DNA of 64,000 nucleotides from Acidobacteriota bacterium (GTDB taxonomy: Bacteria; Acidobacteriota; CAIWXX01), in contig JBFMAF010000003.1 in NCBI GenBank assembly GCA_040755995.1, positions 94,210 through 158,209 on the forward strand, given 5' to 3'. The notes under the pieces are model-generated. The model saw only the letters and a list, made by a program, of their open reading frames with translations. It had not been told where the DNA came from and did not search any database. Below, one piece after another: positions 60,436 to 64,000 of this stretch; within the stretch, counting starts at the first letter, position 1; the number at the start of each line of letters is the position of its first letter. A program made the position numbers and the translations under genes.

Positions 60436-63400
60436 CGGCGGGGCTTCCGCTTCCCCGGTTCCGTAGTCCAGCTCCGGGTCTTCGCCCTCGCCACCGGTGC
60501 TGCACTGCGTGCAGATCCTGAACAGTGGGCTCAGGTCGAACGGATCGCCGTCCAGGTCGCTCACCTTGATCACGCACTTGCTGGAGTTCCAGTTCGGCAC
60601 GGACCAGGGGTAGGCCTTGGGACTGGTGTTGTTCGTGACCGAGGCCGCAATGACCGTGGGGAATGTCTTCCCACCGTCCGTGGAGGCAAGGATCTTCACC
60701 TTGGGAACGCTTCCAGCGGTGGTCCATTTGATCATGAGGTTGCTCCCCGCCACCACCTTCTGATTCACCTTCGGATTCGTCACCGTGATGCTCGGCACGA
60801 TTGAGAACGCCGTGTCATTCGTGTCCTCCGAGCCCGGGTACGCCACGCTGGCATGCTTGACCCTGATGAAGCAGTTGTTCGACTCCGGCCCGCTCACTAT
60901 CCAATGGCAGTGCCCCTCATTCTTGATCACTTCGTTGTCCGGGTCAATCGGGACGTACGGGCCTTCCCTGCCGGTCCTGGATAGCTCGACCCGCACCTTC
61001 GACGGGTTGCCCTTAGGTATCCACTGGATCACGTAGTCCTTGCCGATCGGCACCTCTTCTTCTTTGGCGGGACGCTCGACCTTGATGCTCTCGATGATAG
61101 GAAAGTCGGCATGGCTCGTATCTGACGGAATGCCGTCGGCATCCTGGATCCTTATTCTGCAGTGGGGCTGCGCATCGCCACTTTGGGGATAGCCCCAGAC
61201 CTTCCAGTTGAACCAGCCCTGCTTGTTGTCAGCACCATTCTTGATCGTCTTCGGGTACTCTCCACCGCTGTCGATGGAGAGCTGGATGTTCACCAGCGGC
61301 ACCTGTTCGGTGTGAGTCGACTTCCAGAGTATCTGCTTGAAAGTCCCGATCACACACGCGTCGTTGGGGCCGTCCGGGTCGGTTACGTAGATCTTCGCCG
61401 GAAAATCGGCGATCGTGAACAGCTCGGCGCTTGTGCCGGACGCATGTTGGCCGCCGATCTCGGTGACCTTGATCCTGCAGAGCTCGGACGGGTGGTCCCC
61501 CGGGACATCCCATAGATACTCGCCGGTGTTCGGGCACGTCTCCGCCACGTTGGGCCAGTGCCCCCCGTCGTCCCAGGTGTACTCTATCTTGACGTTCTGG
61601 ATGGCGCCGGTCGTGTCCCACTTGAGCGTGTACCTGCTCCCCACCTTCAGTGTCTGCCCGCCGTTCGGGTAGAGGATCCGGATGGAGTGGGTAACGTCCT
61701 TTATGGTGAAGAGCCCGGTGCTCTTGCCCCACTCGCGGCCGTCCATGTCACTTGCGCGTACCTTGCACTGGGTGGACAACGTTGGCGGCACCTCCCACTT
61801 GTACGGCGGCTGGTACGCGACCTTGTCTGCGATCTTCGTCCAAATGGGGTTGGCCACGCTCGCGTCAGTCGTATATTCGATCTTCAGGCCGCGGCCGCCA
61901 GTGATCGGAGGGTTGAGCTGCCAATTGATCTTGCAGATGCTCCCGGCCGTGAGCTTCGTCCCGTTCTTGGGGTAGAGCACCTGGAGCGTCTCGGTGGAGG
62001 CAGGCTCGACGATCGAGAAGAATTCGTCGGACTTGTCGGATGCCTGGCCCGCTTTGTCGCTGATTGCGATGAGGCACTTCGTGGATCTCAGCTCTTCCGG
62101 CACAAGCCAGTCGTAGTACCCGGTGTCATGTCTGATGACTTCCCCAGGCAGCGGGACCGTCCGATAGATCGGCCTCTCGGCATCTCCGTTGGTCGTGAGA
62201 CCGATGGTCACGTAGCTCAGCTCGTTCCAGGTGCCGCTCACGTGCCACCTGATGCGGCACTTCTTCCCAGCCTCGATCTGCTCGCCTCCGTTCGGGTAAT
62301 CGATGGTGATCGTCGGCGTATCCGCCGACTGCGAGATCGGGCGGACCGTCCTCATTCGCATCGCGCGGTCGTCGTACAGGTTCTCAGTCAACACCGTGGG
62401 CACCGTCTGCCCCGACAGGAGCCTGCTGACCTGCGTGAGGCGATTGAAAGCGTCCCATACGTACGTGTTCATACCGTCGGCTGTCAGGTTGCCCCGTAGG
62501 TCATACTGGAATCCGGCGATGCGGTTCGACCCGTCGTAGGTCTTGTTGAATACGGTGGTGTTGTCCTCCTTCACAGTCAGCATGTTGCCCCAGGCGTCGG
62601 GATCATAGGAGAAGTTCGTCACGCGGCCGCCGGCCCCATAATCTGCAGTCTTCAACCGGTTCAACGAGTCGTACGTGAAGTCGGCACTCGGTCCAGGATC
62701 GGCGTTGTCGAGGTGCGTGATGTTGTAGTTGTTGTCATAGCGGTATTTGTTTCGATAGCGAAGACTCCCGGCTGCAGCGAGCGCATCGCAGATGCTGCCG
62801 TTGCCGGCCGGCACCGCGACCGCCCTGGCGGCGGCGCCGTAGGCCAGCGCGGCGTCGAGCAGATGGCCGGCCTCGTCGTAGTCCGAGCCGAAGGCACTGG
62901 TGCTTCCGGCCAGGTCGATCTTGCGGGGCTGCCTGTAGCTCCCGTAGACTACGCTCTCAATCAGCGTGGTGTCGCCGCTGCCGCTGTTGAAGCTCACCTT
63001 GTTCGGGGCGTCCAGACCGTTGTTGAGGATGGTGGCTACCTTGGTATCGGGGTACTTCACCATCTTGAGACTGTTCCCGCCGTCGTAGTCGTATACCAGC
63101 TTCTTGTTCGAGATGCCCGGGATCACGAGCGTCTCGCCCTTGACCGAGCCGAGGGAGTTGTAGCTGATGTTGATCCTCTTCGGTCCCTTGGTGCTCGATA
63201 TCCCGGTCAACAGGCCGTTGGTGTTGTACGAGTATGTGATGGTTTCATCGGCGGAGGTGACTGTTTGCAGCTGGTTGTCGAACCGGTAGGTGTAGTCGAT
63301 GATGGTGCCGCCCCACGTCTTGCGCGACAGGTTGCCTTCGGCGTTGTAGTCGAGCTGGATCGTGTCGGTTTCGGGATGATGCTCGTATGCCACCTGATCC

Positions 63401-64000
63401 ATCCCATTGTAGGTCCACCAATGCTCGCGGCTGCCCGCGAGCTTCGCGTTGGTCAGGCGACCGAGTCCGTCATACTGGTTGGTGGCCGAGTGGCCGTCGG
63501 GCTGCGGTTCGTGGACAGTGGTGATGCGACCGGGCAAGTGAGCGTACTCGTACTTCCAGACGTACCCCTTCGCATCGGTGACCGTCTTCTGCGCTCCCGG
63601 GAAGTCGACTGTGACCTCCTTCTGTTCCGGGTCCTTCGTGCTCCTGATGTCGCCTGCCGCATTGTAGCCGTATTCCCATTGGTTGCCGGCGTCCGTGCTC
63701 CCCTTCGACTCCTTCTTCACTCTGCCCTCATCGTCGAGCAGCTTCAGGTAGTTCAGCGTGACGGTGTAGTCGGTCTCGGTGTGTCCGAGCCCGCGTCCAA
63801 GGCCGTCCCAGCTCTTCACTATCCGCTTCGACGAGCCGCGATCGATGGTCACGCTGTTCTTGCTCCAGGCGGCGTCGATGTCGTCGAAGCCCGGTGGCAT
63901 GTTTACGAAGTCCACCCTTCCGAGGTTGTCGTAGGTGAACGTCATGGTTCCGTCATACTGGTTTCTCTCCGATTTGATGGAGCTGTCATACTGACTGATA
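59203..64000 (-). CDS. Rhs/YD-repeat polymorphic toxin with six inserted Ig-like repeats and an Ntox28-like C-terminal toxin; 5' end beyond the window edge
   Basis: YD repeats; core KFSGKERD..TGFDYFGARWY...RWISVDP...NLYAYCENNP..LDPDG; tip KEHL...D...K.DG..YDHVTEV. The frame is open to position 64000. Confidence 0.95.
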   Translation of the reverse strand, partial: ISQYDSSIKSERNQYDGTMTFTYDNLGRVDFVNMPPGFDDIDAAWSKNSVTIDRGSSKRIVKSWDGLGRGLGHTETDYTVTLNYLKLLDDEGRVKKESKGSTDAGNQWEYGYNAAGDIRSTKDPEQKEVTVDFPGAQKTVTDAKGYVWKYEYAHLPGRITTVHEPQPDGHSATNQYDGLGRLTNAKLAGSREHWWTYNGMDQVAYEHHPETDTIQLDYNAEGNLSRKTWGGTIIDYTYRFDNQLQTVTSADETITYSYNTNGLLTGISSTKGPKRINISYNSLGSVKGETLVIPGISNKKLVYDYDGGNSLKMVKYPDTKVATILNNGLDAPNKVSFNSGSGDTTLIESVVYGSYRQPRKIDLAGSTSAFGSDYDEAGHLLDAALAYGAAARAVAVPAGNGSICDALAAAGSLRYRNKYRYDNNYNITHLDNADPGPSADFTYDSLNRLKTADYGAGGRVTNFSYDPDAWGNMLTVKEDNTTVFNKTYDGSNRIAGFQYDLRGNLTADGMNTYVWDAFNRLTQVSRLLSGQTVPTVLTENLYDDRAMRMRTVRPISQSADTPTITIDYPNGGEQIEAGKKCRIRWHVSGTWNELSYVTIGLTTNGDAERPIYRTVPLPGEVIRHDTGYYDWLVPEELRSTKCLIAISDKAGQASDKSDEFFSIVEPASTETLQVLYPKNGTKLTAGSICKINWQLNPPITGGRGLKIEYTTDASVANPIWTKIADKVAYQPPYKWEVPPTLSTQCKVRASDMDGREWGKSTGLFTIKDVTHSIRILYPNGGQTLKVGSRYTLKWDTTGAIQNVKIEYTWDDGGHWPNVAETCPNTGEYLWDVPGDHPSELCRIKVTEIGGQHASGTSAELFTIADFPAKIYVTDPDGPNDACVIGTFKQILWKSTHTEQVPLVNIQLSIDSGGEYPKTIKNGADNKQGWFNWKVWGYPQSGDAQPHCRIRIQDADGIPSDTSHADFPIIESIKVERPAKEEEVPIGKDYVIQWIPKGNPSKVRVELSRTGREGPYVPIDPDNEVIKNEGHCHWIVSGPESNNCFIRVKHASVAYPGSEDTNDTAFSIVPSITVTNPKVNQKVVAGSNLMIKWTTAGSVPKVKILASTDGGKTFPTVIAASVTNNTSPKAYPWSVPNWNSSKCVIKVSDLDGDPFDLSPLFRICTQCSTGGEGEDPELDYGTGEAEAPPQGTEEDYGLAPDGSRLMLEDTLGDASKVWEGDPDMIYAPADEALGLPDFMWEKSPDDGCYEWPEEPLPEGGWNQWNEDALPPEGDPGQQAPTPFTPPPGSEVVYYVYGHDGKLLAEYDTNGFCDRDYIYAGNRLIAEYRPKESKFYFYAQDQINSTRVVTDQSGTRTYAATYDPFGGLQFETGDTTAPTLKFSGKERDTSTGFDYFGARWYAHGQYRWISVDPVMNHDDALSNPQLWNLYAYCENNPLTKLDPDGRDILDWVVAQFREIMSTVGFDYTPPVAYMDGQFSATTPAVDKTIQGAAVATVIIGAAAKAGATKTDNVKEHLTQADLDAARRESQGQVVARKPDGTPYDHVTEVQEAQRALVKRIEQINKLRADPNLTDEQRAALEKELSEASKLLDHSEGYLPR

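Noticed and set aside
1..64000. CRISPR arrays, rRNA, tRNA, integrase or transposase genes
   Set aside because: No regularly spaced repeats, RNA gene signatures or recombinase motifs were seen by eye; small RNAs could be missed without a covariance search.

Overview
A GC-rich bacterial window; the gene content (DUF4388 proteins, an MXAN_5187-like protein, a TPR Ser/Thr kinase) suggests an Acidobacteriota- or deltaproteobacterium-like organism, but this is inference only. It has three zones. (1) About 1-18 kb is an accessory island, almost all on the minus strand. It holds a signal-less M12/astacin-like metalloprotease running off the left edge (missed by the ORF track), a C14 caspase-like protease, small membrane and SH3-like proteins, a B12-binding radical SAM enzyme with a small upstream peptide gene, a secreted ComEC-like MBL hydrolase, a translationally coupled S8 subtilase + MBL hydrolase pair behind an ECF-like sigma factor, a stand-alone NRPS adenylation domain and a C69 dipeptidase. 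(2) About 18-52 kb is mostly core genome: glmS, UvrD/PcrA, pyruvoyl arginine decarboxylase + agmatinase, clpB, an isochorismatase/FAD-oxidoreductase/atypical RlmN-like operon, a cold-shock gene, an ABC exporter, a Ser/Thr kinase and sucCD. (3) About 52-64 kb is a conflict zone: two tandem FG-GAP/VCBS paralogues, a coupled HTH + SIR2-wHTH gene pair, a frameshifted orphan Rhs cassette, an immunity gene and a large Rhs toxin with an Ntox28-like tip and six Ig-like repeats inserted among its YD repeats. The best candidates for undescribed systems are the cytoplasmic protease cluster (caspase/M12 and S8/MBL), the HTH + SIR2-wHTH pair, the Ig-bearing Rhs toxin, the radical SAM + DPxP-peptide pair and the RlmN-like enzyme lacking the resolving cysteine. 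I saw no rRNA, tRNA, CRISPR array or transposase. All family assignments come from motif recognition by eye, without database searches.
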